Shown here: positions 36,837 through 45,990 of the stretch, one piece after another
Layout: every line of letters begins with the position of its first letter
How positions within the stretch are numbered: the first letter of the stretch is position 1
Origin: Candidatus Giovannonibacteria bacterium RIFCSPLOWO2_02_FULL_43_54
GTDB lineage: Bacteria > Patescibacteriota > Minisyncoccia > UBA11713 > 2-01-FULL-45-33
Reading direction: 5' to 3'
Assembly: GCA_001778875.1 (NCBI GenBank)
Contig: MFIK01000041.1
Coordinates: 2,033-66,032 of the forward strand
DNA length: 64,000 bases
The notes under the pieces: model-generated
Databases searched by the model: none
What the model was told of the DNA's origin: nothing
Seen by the model: the letters and a program-made list of their open reading frames with translations, nothing else
Program-made: the position numbers and the translations under genes

Positions 36837-38216
36837 TTACCAGCCCCTTTCAAGGATCAGTGCGGTTACGTGCGAGCCGGTTCCTGCGTGGCTGATTGCC
36901 ATTCCGCGCGTCGCGTTCGGCACCTGAAGACTTTTGAAATCTTTCGGCTTTGTTTTGCCATATTTATTCCAATATTTTTCGTCCGCGTGGAATTTTTCCC
37001 ATTCATTGCGGATTTGCCAAAAAATTTCCGCGATCTGGAAAATTCCGGTGGCTCCAACCGAATGCATCGAGCCGATAAGGCCGCCAGAAAGATTTGTCGG
37101 CAATTTGCGTTCTGACGGCAGATCACTTTCCAGATATGCCTCACCCGACTCAATAAATTCGGCGCCTCTGCCATAGGGGCGCAACCCGATATCTTCGTAG
37201 GTTATGATGTCTGAAACCGTGAACGCGTCGTGCGTTTCAAGCAGGTCAAGTTCGCGGATTGGATTATGAATTCCTGCCATATTATACGCCTGCCAGGCGG
37301 CGAAACGGGCTGCAAGAAAGCTTATAAAACCTGGCCAATCTCTTTCTGGCCAATCTTTATACATCTCCGGTGTTTCGCTTGGGAGAAGCAAGATCGGCAT
37401 GTTCCTGCGATCTGCCGTGCGCAATGTGTGCGATCCCGCGCCCATTCCCAAAACGCGCACTGGCTTGTCTGTAAACCGGAACGCGGTTTCTTCGTCCGCA
37501 ATTATCACGGATGCCGCTCCCGTGCTCATTACGCAGCACTCTGGAAATGTAAGCGGGTCTGAAACTATCTGCGAGTTCAGTATCTCTTCAATCGTATAAT
37601 CTTTCGGCGACTGCGAATACGGAGAGAAGCGCGCGTAATGATGGTTTTTTTGTGCGATCTTTGCAAGCGTTTCTCGTAGCGGCTTGTTTTCGTGGATATA
37701 TCTTTGCATTGGCAAACCGTAATAAGTTGTGTAGCTTCTGCCAAGTTCGTATTCAAAATCTTTGCACGCGGCGGATGCGATGTATGAGTTGCCTTGCCTG
37801 GTCGAAACTTCATCCATTCTCTCCCAGCCGATTACAGGCACGCAAGAAGCAACGCCTGACGCAACAGCCATTATGGCTGCCTGCGCTGCCGAACCGCCTG
37901 TTGCTCCACCTGTTTTCACCTCGATATTTCCGAGAGGATCAAATCCAGCATAGTCATGCACTTTTGCTGCGGCAAGCAATTGGTCGCCGAAATGGTCGGC
38001 AAATTGCGAATGCACGCAATAATTCGGCTCTTCCAGAAATTTTTTAGGTTCCATCCCGAGGCCATCCATAACGGCCATTCTTATTGCTTCAAGGCACAAT
38101 TCAACGGTCTGCTTTTCCGGATAAAATTTCCTGAAATCCGTCATCCCAGCGGCTACAATATAAACATTCCGCGATAGCTTAGGCACCCTCAAATTTCCTT
38201 TGCCGAATGTTAGCAT
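36837..38216 (-). CDS. Thiolase-fold (SCP-x/archaeal-type) protein lacking the nucleophilic Cys
   Basis: VYIVAAGMT, VKTGGATGG, AQKNH, ETHDAF, NLSGGL..MHSVGATG; coupled to DUF35. Confidence 0.87.
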   Translation of the reverse strand: MLTFGKGNLRVPKLSRNVYIVAAGMTDFRKFYPEKQTVELCLEAIRMAVMDGLGMEPKKFLEEPNYCVHSQFADHFGDQLLAAAKVHDYAGFDPLGNIEVKTGGATGGSAAQAAIMAVASGVASCVPVIGWERMDEVSTRQGNSYIASAACKDFEYELGRSYTTYYGLPMQRYIHENKPLRETLAKIAQKNHHYARFSPYSQSPKDYTIEEILNSQIVSDPLTFPECCVMSTGAASVIIADEETAFRFTDKPVRVLGMGAGSHTLRTADRRNMPILLLPSETPEMYKDWPERDWPGFISFLAARFAAWQAYNMAGIHNPIRELDLLETHDAFTVSDIITYEDIGLRPYGRGAEFIESGEAYLESDLPSERKLPTNLSGGLIGSMHSVGATGIFQIAEIFWQIRNEWEKFHADEKYWNKYGKTKPKDFKSLQVPNATRGMAISHAGTGSHVTALILERGW

Positions 38217-38361
38217 TTATGCTCCTTTTCCTGTTTTCAATCCCGCCTTAGGCGGGTAAATCTATTCAAAAGCTAGCAAAAGAAAATTCTGACGTAAAGT
38301 CGATTGCCGGTTTGCAGATAGAAAATAACTCCCTTCTATTTTTCTACTTTTCATACATTGA

Positions 38362-38389
38362 TCAACTTTACGCGATCGCGTAAAGTTGA
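38362..38389. repeat. Perfect 28-bp palindrome just before the PaaX-like start codon
   Basis: TCAACTTTACGCGA-TCGCGTAAAGTTGA. Confidence 0.9.
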
Positions 38390-38393
38390 ACCA

Positions 38394-38951
38394 ATGGCAA
38401 AGTATTATTATAGCCCGATAAAACAGCGCGTTGTTATGCTTCTCGCGGCAGGTTTCATGCTTGGTTTTTCAAAGTCGCCGCGCACCCACGCAAAAATATG
38501 GAAAAGCCTTCCGAAAGTATGGAAAGAAATAGGGCGTATTACGCTCCGGCGCATCATTAAAGAATTTAAATATAAACGGTTAGTTGATTTCAAAGAAGAA
38601 AAAGACGGCACAGTGTCGGTCGTATTAACGAAACTCGGACAACATCATGCCTTAAAATATAATCCGGAAAAGATCAAAATTTCAATTCCGACGAAATGGG
38701 ACGGAAAATGGAGAGTTGTTATTTTTGATATACCGGAGAAGAAAAAGAAGGCAAGGGACGCTTTGCGTTGGGAACTCAAGAAAATAGGTTTTATAGAGCT
38801 TCAAAAAAGCGCCTGGATTTTCCCTTACGAATGCGAAAACGCGATTGATTTTATTGTTGAGTTATTTGATGTCCGCAATTATGTGCGGATATTGGAAGTA
38901 GCAAGCATGAATCATGATGCCGATTTGCTATTGGATTTTGATCTCACATAA
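38394..38951 (+). CDS. Short CPR-type PaaX-like protein (wHTH + Cas2-like domain)
   Basis: LTKLG wing, KWDGKWRVVIFDIPE, RDALR, LQKSAWIFPY. Confidence 0.85.
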   Translation: MAKYYYSPIKQRVVMLLAAGFMLGFSKSPRTHAKIWKSLPKVWKEIGRITLRRIIKEFKYKRLVDFKEEKDGTVSVVLTKLGQHHALKYNPEKIKISIPTKWDGKWRVVIFDIPEKKKKARDALRWELKKIGFIELQKSAWIFPYECENAIDFIVELFDVRNYVRILEVASMNHDADLLLDFDLT

Positions 38952-38974
38952 TACTATAAACAGTAATGTAACTA

Positions 38975-39006
38975 GTCCAACTTTCCGCGGTCGCGAGAAG
39001 TTGGAC
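38975..39006. repeat. Second, imperfect copy of the palindrome after the PaaX-like gene
   Basis: GTCCAACTTTCCGCGGTCGCGAGAAGTTGGAC. Confidence 0.85.
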
Positions 39007-39039
39007 GGATAGGTTTAAAGAAAATAAAAATCTAAAAAA

Positions 39040-39994
39040 TTATTTACAAGAATGAGAAGTGTGGAGTGCAGAAATAACTCCAGAAAAATTTGTACTGTCT
39101 GCACAATAATATTCTCCACTATATAGTTTGGCTGATACTGCGTAGGACTCTCCATCAGTACAACGAAATGGTTGACTCCCTAATTTTTCTTTTATCTCTG
39201 CCAACGTTCTATGTGCGGGCTCTTCTTTTGTATTACAAAAACCTGCATAATTTGGATGGGAATCCCTGTACATTTCAGCTGAAGGACGTGTGGTCGCTAT
39301 TAAGTTTAAGAGAGCAAGATCATCTTGGACTCTGTCTTTTTGAGTTTCCGCTGTCGCGCTCTTGCTCTGATCAATAATCATCGTCAAAGTTGCTTTGTAT
39401 CCTTGCGAGAGCCACTCGTCTGAACCATCTCGAGCTACCACAGAAATAACAATGAATTTGTTGTTATTTAGTGGTATAACATATGAGTCGCTTTTAGCTT
39501 TGGTTTCTTTGTAAATTATTTGTTTGGAATCAATCCCACTTATTTTTACTTTTTCTTCAACATAAGGACGACCTGAATATTCTGCCATACCTCTTGCCTC
39601 TATTGCCGGGTCTTTATCGACAAGATAAATTCCCATCTCATGATCAAAGTAAGTATAATTTGAGGTGTATCCAATCGGTTCCTTTTTTCCAAGATCAGAA
39701 AAAGGCTACTCCTTCTCTTACATCACTGACAATCCAATTTGATGGAATTGAGATATTATATAACCCTGATGGATGGCGATATGTTTTATTAGAAATTGAT
39801 TTCGCTGTCGCTGGCGAGGATGGTGTAGAAACTTCCAAATTAGTGTCCTCTATTTTCGAAGATTCGGATTTATTTTCAGATTTTGTAATTCCTTTATTTA
39901 AATAAATATATGTTCCTCCTCCAATCAAAACTAAACCTACAATGATTGCTATTGCCAAACCAATAAAACCTTGCTGTGAGTTTTTCATATTCAT
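39040..39994 (-). pseudogene. Pilin-like surface protein split by a frameshift in a T5 run
   Basis: QQGFIGLAIAIIV N-terminus; removing one base at 39699-39703 joins it to the 198-aa ORF ending in YAVSAKL..YYCADS. Confidence 0.7.
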
Positions 39995-40095
39995 ATCATA
40001 TTCTTATTTTAGCAATTTATCAACCGAAACTCCAAGCGATTGAGCTAAACAGATTTCAGGCCAGAGTGCAGGAGAAAATAAAAGCCGCCTCTTTA

Positions 40096-40605
40096 TTAGA
40101 AGGCGGACAGTTCTTTTTTTTCGATCTGTTTCAATTTTTCTTCCCAAAGTACGGCAGGCCGGACGGCGTAATGAAAAATATATTGAGCTTTTAGAGTATG
40201 CGGCCGGCTGACATTGTTTAGATTTTTTACCTCAACGGCCACCGAAATGAGGTCCGGTTTAGCAAGCCTGTCATTTATGACGCGCGCGTTTATTCTCAAA
40301 CCTCTTTCGGCCTGGATGGTCGGGGCGTATAGTTTGCCCTTTTCGGTCTTTATATAAAGAACATATTCCTCGGGAGTTGTTAAAGTCATCGCGGCATAGA
40401 TGCCGACCATTACTGCGAAATCTTCGATTCTTTTTCCGCGCACCATCGGAAAGTTGTGCATTGTAAGGATTTCTTTGTTGCCCTCGAGTTCGAGAATGGC
40501 GTAAGCCTTTCCTGTCAGCAGAAGCCGTAATTTTAAATGATTTTCTTTCGCCGAATACAATTCTCCAAAAGACCTTTCAAGCTCAAGAATCCGCCCCACC
40601 GACAC
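40096..40605 (-). CDS. Probable hotdog-fold protein (FabZ/FapR/MaoC-like)
   Basis: 169 aa; HNFPMVRG..IEDFA helix followed by beta strands (LRINARV, VAVEV); weak pattern match. Confidence 0.45.
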   Translation of the reverse strand: MSVGRILELERSFGELYSAKENHLKLRLLLTGKAYAILELEGNKEILTMHNFPMVRGKRIEDFAVMVGIYAAMTLTTPEEYVLYIKTEKGKLYAPTIQAERGLRINARVINDRLAKPDLISVAVEVKNLNNVSRPHTLKAQYIFHYAVRPAVLWEEKLKQIEKKELSAF

Positions 40606-40631
40606 TCCTTTTTTAAATTTAATCTATCCGG

Positions 40632-40670
40632 ATACTAGCAAAATAAAAACGCCGGTGTCAAGGCACTGGC
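40632..40670 (-). promoter_or_regulatory. Overlapping stop codon, terminator hairpin and promoter
   Basis: Minus strand TTGACA (containing the ligase TGA)-18 nt-TAGTAT, overlapping the GCCAGTG/CACCGGC-T5 hairpin. Confidence 0.65.
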
Positions 40671-42364
40671 ATTTTTTTATCAATAATTTTCTGCGCGATT
40701 TCCGCCATTTTCTTCCGGCTTTTTTTGCCGGTGTCTCCGAGTTCTATCTTTTCAATAAAAATTATTTCTTTTATTTTGATATGTTTTTCGAGTTTTTCGT
40801 TTTTCCGTCCGGCTTCGAAAAAATTGAGCAGGTCGGTTTTAGCCTCGCCCTCCTCGAAATCCTTCCCTGGCGAGGTTTTAAGAACAACACAAACAGCTGT
40901 CTCCGTTTCTCCGTCCATGTTAACCGGCACAGCCATCGCATCGTCCACAGACTCATGGGTTTTGGCACATTCGTCTATCGCGGGTCCTTGCACGAATTCT
41001 CCGCGCACTTTCCAGGCATCGGCGGACGCGCGCCAGCCGAAATAAAAAACATTTTTTGTTTCGAAAGGTTTTCGGCAGGTATCTCCCGTGTCAAACCATT
41101 TTCCTCCCCAGCGTTCGGACGGTGCGAAAGCTTTCCTTGTTGCTTCGGGGTTTTTAAAATATTCCCTGAAAACATTGTCTCCGCTGACGATAAGCCTGCC
41201 CCATTTTCCACCCTTTATTTCTTCCCAATTATTTTCCGGATCAACTATTTTAATATTGTCGTGAGAGAGCGCCGTGCCGATGGAGCCCCAATATATCGGG
41301 TCATCAATGTCCGTGCCCGTGCACCAGCAAAGAGTTTCGGTAAGGCCATAGCCCGGGCGGACCTGGATGCCGGTAAACGACATGAATCTTTTGTGTAGTT
41401 CCGGAGAAAGTATGTCGGCGCCGACTATCAGGAAGCGCATATCTTTTCGATGCTCTGCCGGAGGGATGCGGTGCGCGAGCACGTATTTGAGGAACGGGGG
41501 GATGACACTCGAATAAGTAATGTTCCAATCTCCAAGCGTTTTCAAAAATGTTTTCGGATTAGGAGAAGCGAGCACGGTCGTGCCGCCAAGTAGCGTCATC
41601 GCAAACACGTTGGTAACCTGCGCGTTAACGTGAAAAAGCTTATTTATCAGAAGACTTCTGTCATTTTCCGTAAGGCGGTAAGTTTTTATGATGTCCCTCA
41701 CGTTCGGCTCAAACATCCCGCAATGTTGAACTACGGCTTTGGGCTTTCCCGTCGTTCCAGAAGTGCAAATAAGCTGGAAAGGGTCATCTAATGTACGGTG
41801 AACTAGACGATAGTACGGTCGAATAAATTGTTTTAGAATATTCCAGGTGTAAGTTCCAGGATAGCCCTGTCCAATACGCTGCTTGTGGCTTTCAAATCTT
41901 TCGGCATCGTGCATTACAACGATGCGCAATCCGGGGAATTGTTTTAGTAAAAGTTCCAGGAGTAGCGACGGCTTGTTATTTATTTTATCCCAAACGTAGC
42001 GCTCTTGCGTGACCAAAAGTTTTGTTTCGCAAAGTTCCAGTGCGTAGAGCACCTGTTCCGACGTGTATAGGCAATTGACCGGATGGACTTTCGCTCCGAT
42101 GCGCATTGCGCCGATCCACGGCATGAAAAAGTGGAGGCCGTTTTCCAAAAGCAGGCTTACGGTGTCTCCCGGCTCTACGTAGAACGATTTGAGAAGTCCG
42201 GCCGCAAGCGCGGTTTCATCTTCCATTTGAGAATAAGTAAAGGCGCGGCAGGTGTCGGAATCTACCAAGCACAGTTTATTTTTTAAAAGAGGGTCCCGAA
42301 ACATAGTTACAAGGAGATCTGCCGGCGTGCGTCTGCCTGCCGATAAGCAGGATATTTTTTCCAT
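40658..42364 (-). CDS. Second AMP-forming acyl-CoA ligase (CaiC-like)
   Basis: CTSGTTGKPKAV, LFHVNAQ, GYGLTET, WFDTGD, TGKKSR. Confidence 0.9.
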   Translation of the reverse strand: MEKISCLSAGRRTPADLLVTMFRDPLLKNKLCLVDSDTCRAFTYSQMEDETALAAGLLKSFYVEPGDTVSLLLENGLHFFMPWIGAMRIGAKVHPVNCLYTSEQVLYALELCETKLLVTQERYVWDKINNKPSLLLELLLKQFPGLRIVVMHDAERFESHKQRIGQGYPGTYTWNILKQFIRPYYRLVHRTLDDPFQLICTSGTTGKPKAVVQHCGMFEPNVRDIIKTYRLTENDRSLLINKLFHVNAQVTNVFAMTLLGGTTVLASPNPKTFLKTLGDWNITYSSVIPPFLKYVLAHRIPPAEHRKDMRFLIVGADILSPELHKRFMSFTGIQVRPGYGLTETLCWCTGTDIDDPIYWGSIGTALSHDNIKIVDPENNWEEIKGGKWGRLIVSGDNVFREYFKNPEATRKAFAPSERWGGKWFDTGDTCRKPFETKNVFYFGWRASADAWKVRGEFVQGPAIDECAKTHESVDDAMAVPVNMDGETETAVCVVLKTSPGKDFEEGEAKTDLLNFFEAGRKNEKLEKHIKIKEIIFIEKIELGDTGKKSRKKMAEIAQKIIDKKMPVP

Positions 42365-42428
42365 TATTTCAAAACGAATCTAGCAAAAAATTAGCATAAA
42401 AAAACAGCCCGCACAACAATGCGAGCCG

Positions 42429-42797
42429 TTAACGGAACGGGATGAACCAGCCAAAATATTTCACCGGCACCCTGTCGTAACCATAAACAGTAAACGTTGC
42501 CGGCGGCGTGCATTGTGAATCCCGCCTGCATCCGGCATAGATCATTTCCATGCCGGGAACACGCAACATCACAAAGGTGCTTTTCGGATTCCACATAACG
42601 AACGGCTCCGTAAAAGCGATATTCTTAATTCCATCGCGCAACATTTCTGCGGATGTTGCGTGCTCGCACATCTGGTCGAGAGCGATTTTTAGGTTTTGGC
42701 GAGCAAGCGCTTTGCAATCTATCGGTATTTCTTGCGGCACCGTTTCCTTTTCCATGTTTTCCGGTTCAAACCATTTACGCCAATTAAAAAAAATCAT
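42429..42797 (-). CDS. Hypothetical protein
   Basis: 122-aa ORF, ATGA-coupled to the upstream gene, followed by a hairpin and T-run. Confidence 0.55.
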   Translation of the reverse strand: MIFFNWRKWFEPENMEKETVPQEIPIDCKALARQNLKIALDQMCEHATSAEMLRDGIKNIAFTEPFVMWNPKSTFVMLRVPGMEMIYAGCRRDSQCTPPATFTVYGYDRVPVKYFGWFIPFR

Positions 42798-43174
42798 CGG
42801 TCTCTCCTTTTATTGGATTCGGACAACACCGTCTTTACTATGGAGAATTTCACCCCCCGGACCGTGCCAAGAAAAATCGTTCCACACCGCTCGCACTCAA
42901 ACGCTTTTTCATTAAAGCCGGTGTGATAGCCGATTTCTTTGGCCTCGTCTTCGGCATAAATGCCGCACTTCGGACATATTCTTCTGGCGATATCAAAGAT
43001 TTCGTCATCCGACGGCGCGTCTTCCACAAAATCATCTTTCCAATTAAATATGTCTTTGCCGGTAAAGATGACGGCAACATGGCGAATCGCCAAGAGGAAG
43101 AACCACATTGTCCCAAAGATTAGGTTTGTGATGATTGCCACGATATTATTACATGCATATCTTTTCATTGCCAT
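42794..43174 (-). CDS. Membrane-anchored zinc-ribbon protein
   Basis: TM, CPKC and CERC; AAGGAG SD. Confidence 0.6.
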   Translation of the reverse strand: MAMKRYACNNIVAIITNLIFGTMWFFLLAIRHVAVIFTGKDIFNWKDDFVEDAPSDDEIFDIARRICPKCGIYAEDEAKEIGYHTGFNEKAFECERCGTIFLGTVRGVKFSIVKTVLSESNKRRDR

Positions 43175-43459
43175 AATTTTCTCCTTCTGGTTTTTTCCTT
43201 ATTTATTTTTTTCAAACTACTCCCATCGCAAGATTCGTTCGCTCATGAGAACAAATCCTCGGATGGAAATTTGACTATTTTAGAGTCAATTTGCTACATT
43301 ATATGCATGCGATCGGATGCTTACTCGCGCACATTTTCTGAGTTTTTTCTTGACGGCGCCAAGATTATTTTCGGCTCTGTTTTTTTATACACTTGCCAGC
43401 ATTTTCGGTTTAACTGTGCTGGTTTGGCTTTTTATTACCCAAAATAAACACCGATAATT

Positions 43460-43555
43460 ATGAACATTCAAGATTTAATTCCTTATATTCCCGTAACTTT
43501 GGTGCTTTTGCTCGGCTTTATTCTTGCATATCTGCTTTCTAAAAAAACCCGCTAA
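43460..43555 (+). CDS. 31-aa single-TM peptide
   Basis: Translated by hand: MNIQDLIPYIPVTLVLLLGFILAYLLSKKTR. Confidence 0.4.
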   Translation: MNIQDLIPYIPVTLVLLLGFILAYLLSKKTR

Positions 43556-43559
43556 ATTT

Positions 43560-43796
43560 TCAAAAGAACATCCCTTCGGTTTCGATTTTTAAATCTACTC
43601 CCATCGCAGAGCCCGAACTTGCTTCAGGCTCTCTGATGGAAGGGGAAATTATTTTTTCCCCCGTTTCCGAAGCAATCGTTTGATTGTTTTGGAGAGGCTT
43701 GCACCTCCGCCAATTGGCATATACTTCATAACAACCTCCCGCTTTCATCCAATAAATTTTTCTAAAGAACTCCCAAGCCTCAATCCATGGATACAA
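43560..43796 (-). CDS. Small hypothetical protein
   Basis: 78-aa ORF with a TTGACT..TGCTATAAT promoter just upstream. Confidence 0.4.
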   Translation of the reverse strand: MYPWIEAWEFFRKIYWMKAGGCYEVYANWRRCKPLQNNQTIASETGEKIISPSIREPEASSGSAMGVDLKIETEGMFF

Positions 43797-43895
43797 ATCT
43801 TACGGCGTAATTATAGCACCTAAATAGGAAAAAGTCAATAGCATAGCAAAAAACGGCATGGTCAGGCCGTATTTTGGGTTGGCACGCTTATTTTT

Positions 43896-45923
43896 CTATA
43901 AAAACGGTATCAGCAAAAGCGCCACAATATTCACCACTTTTATCATCGGGTTGATCGCGGGGCCGGCGGTATCTTTGTACGGGTCTCCGACGGTATCGCC
44001 GGTGACGGCGGCTTTGTGCGCGTCGGAACCTTTTCCTCCGTAATTTCCTTCTTCAATGAATTTTTTGGCATTATCCCACGCGGCCCCTCCCGAAGTCATT
44101 GAGATGGCGACGAAAAATCCTGTGAGAATTGTTCCGATAAGCAATCCGCCGAGCGCTTTTGGTCCTAACCAAAGGCCCACGACGAGCGTTACTAAAATCG
44201 GAAGTAGTGCCGGCAATATCATTTCGCGCAGTGCCGCTTTCGTTACAATATCCACGGTGGCGGCATAGTCCGGCTTTGCTTCGCCTGTCATAATTCCTTT
44301 AATCTCCTTAAATTGCCTTCTTACTTCAAGCACCACTCCGCCGGCACTGTTGCCGACAGCTTTCATCGCGAGCGAAGCGAAAACATATGGGAGCATTCCT
44401 CCGAGAAAAAGTCCGGTAACGACTAAAGGATCTGAAAGATCAAAAACGGCAGCCAATCCTCGGGCAACGAGGTCCGTAGTATATGCGGCGAACAAAACCA
44501 TTGCGGCGAGTCCCGCGGAGGCGATAGCATAACCTTTTGTAATAGCTTTTGTCGTGTTGCCGACTGCGTCCAGCGGATCGGTAATTGCGCGGACACTTTT
44601 TGAAAGCCCCGCCATTTCAGCAATCCCGCCGGCATTGTCGGTTATCGGCCCGAACGAATCTATCGCAACAATTATCCCGGCCATTGAAAGCATTGAAACT
44701 GCGGCCAAAGCCACGCCGTAGAGCCCCGCGAATTGGAATGCGGCGTACGCGCCGAAGGCGATGACGAGCGAAGGGAGAGCGGTGGATTCCAAAGACATCG
44801 CAAGTCCCATGATAACGTTTGTGCCGTGTCCGGATTCGGAACTTTTTGCTATTGATTTAACGGGCCTGAATTTTTTTGAAGTGTAGTATTCCGTAATGAG
44901 CACTATCGCTAAAACTACAACAAGTCCGACAAGCGAGGCCAAAAAATAATCCATAGGTTTCCCGGGAATTTTTACTATATTCGTAAAAAAATCTGTTCCG
45001 CCATTTCCTGGGCTTGAGACAAGCCGTGAAATTCCCCAATAAAAACCGAGAGCGGATAATATTCCGGAAGCAATGAGCCCTTTATATAATCCCCACATTA
45101 TTTTTGTTTCGTCTGCTACCCTTACGAAATAAAAACCTATGATAGACGCCCAAATCGCAGTACCTCCCAAAAGAATCGGCAGAAGTATCGCGGCGTTTGA
45201 GCCCATAAATATCGCTCCTCCTAAAAGCATTCCGGCGATAAGCGTTACAGTGTATGTTTCAAAAAGATCCGCTGCCATTCCCGCGCAATCTCCCACGTTG
45301 TCTCCGACATTGTCCGCGATAACCGCCGGATTTCTCGGGTCGTCCTCGGGAATTCCTGCTTCGGTTTTTCCGACAAGGTCCGCGCCGACATCAGCAGCTT
45401 TTGTATAAATTCCTCCGCCTAAGCGTGAAAAAACGGAGATCAGTGATCCTCCGAACCCCAAACCTATTAAGGCTCGAAGATTTTCCGTTGTACTCCAGAA
45501 TCCTGCGACAACCAAAAGCCCCAAACCGACGACAAGAAATCCGGTAACCGCGCCTCCGCGGAACGCGAGCTGGAAAGCGGGCCGCAAACCGCGCTTCGCG
45601 GCTTCTGTAACGCGTGAATTTGCCATGACCGCAGTTTGCATTCCCAAAAACGCGGCGAGGGATGATGCGAGCGCGCCTACGATAAATCCAGAGGTAACCG
45701 TTAAATCAAATGCCCACCAAAGAGCAAGCGCGATGACAGCGCCTACTACGAAGATCGATTTAAATTGTCTTTTTAAAAAAGCTTTAGAACCCTCGCGGAT
45801 AGCTTCCGCTATCTCTTTCATTTTCTCGTCTCCTTCCGACTGTTTTTTTACCCCGCGCCTTAACCAGAGCGCGAAAACTATGGAAACGACGGCGGTGGCC
45901 AGCGCAAAATTTTCAATTGTCAT
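43896..45923 (-). CDS. hppA: Membrane H+-translocating pyrophosphatase, K+-independent type
   Basis: [33 protein letters not shown] (Lys determinant), [10 protein letters not shown]. Confidence 0.96.
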   Translation of the reverse strand: MTIENFALATAVVSIVFALWLRRGVKKQSEGDEKMKEIAEAIREGSKAFLKRQFKSIFVVGAVIALALWWAFDLTVTSGFIVGALASSLAAFLGMQTAVMANSRVTEAAKRGLRPAFQLAFRGGAVTGFLVVGLGLLVVAGFWSTTENLRALIGLGFGGSLISVFSRLGGGIYTKAADVGADLVGKTEAGIPEDDPRNPAVIADNVGDNVGDCAGMAADLFETYTVTLIAGMLLGGAIFMGSNAAILLPILLGGTAIWASIIGFYFVRVADETKIMWGLYKGLIASGILSALGFYWGISRLVSSPGNGGTDFFTNIVKIPGKPMDYFLASLVGLVVVLAIVLITEYYTSKKFRPVKSIAKSSESGHGTNVIMGLAMSLESTALPSLVIAFGAYAAFQFAGLYGVALAAVSMLSMAGIIVAIDSFGPITDNAGGIAEMAGLSKSVRAITDPLDAVGNTTKAITKGYAIASAGLAAMVLFAAYTTDLVARGLAAVFDLSDPLVVTGLFLGGMLPYVFASLAMKAVGNSAGGVVLEVRRQFKEIKGIMTGEAKPDYAATVDIVTKAALREMILPALLPILVTLVVGLWLGPKALGGLLIGTILTGFFVAISMTSGGAAWDNAKKFIEEGNYGGKGSDAHKAAVTGDTVGDPYKDTAGPAINPMIKVVNIVALLLIPFL

Positions 45924-45990
45924 AATGGTTTTTAGTATAATAAATTAAACAAATTTAGGCACCATTGACAAATATTATAAATCTAAGTGG

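Noticed and set aside
38394-38951. Cas2 / CRISPR locus
   Set aside because: Only a Cas2-like domain within a PaaX-like protein; I saw no repeat-spacer array, cas1 or effector genes in the window.
14034-43800. Integron cassette array or classic tRNA-anchored island
   Set aside because: No integrase and no repeated attC-like sites; the cluster lies on the 5' side of the tRNAs with no tRNA 3' duplication seen; the hairpins are heterogeneous terminators.
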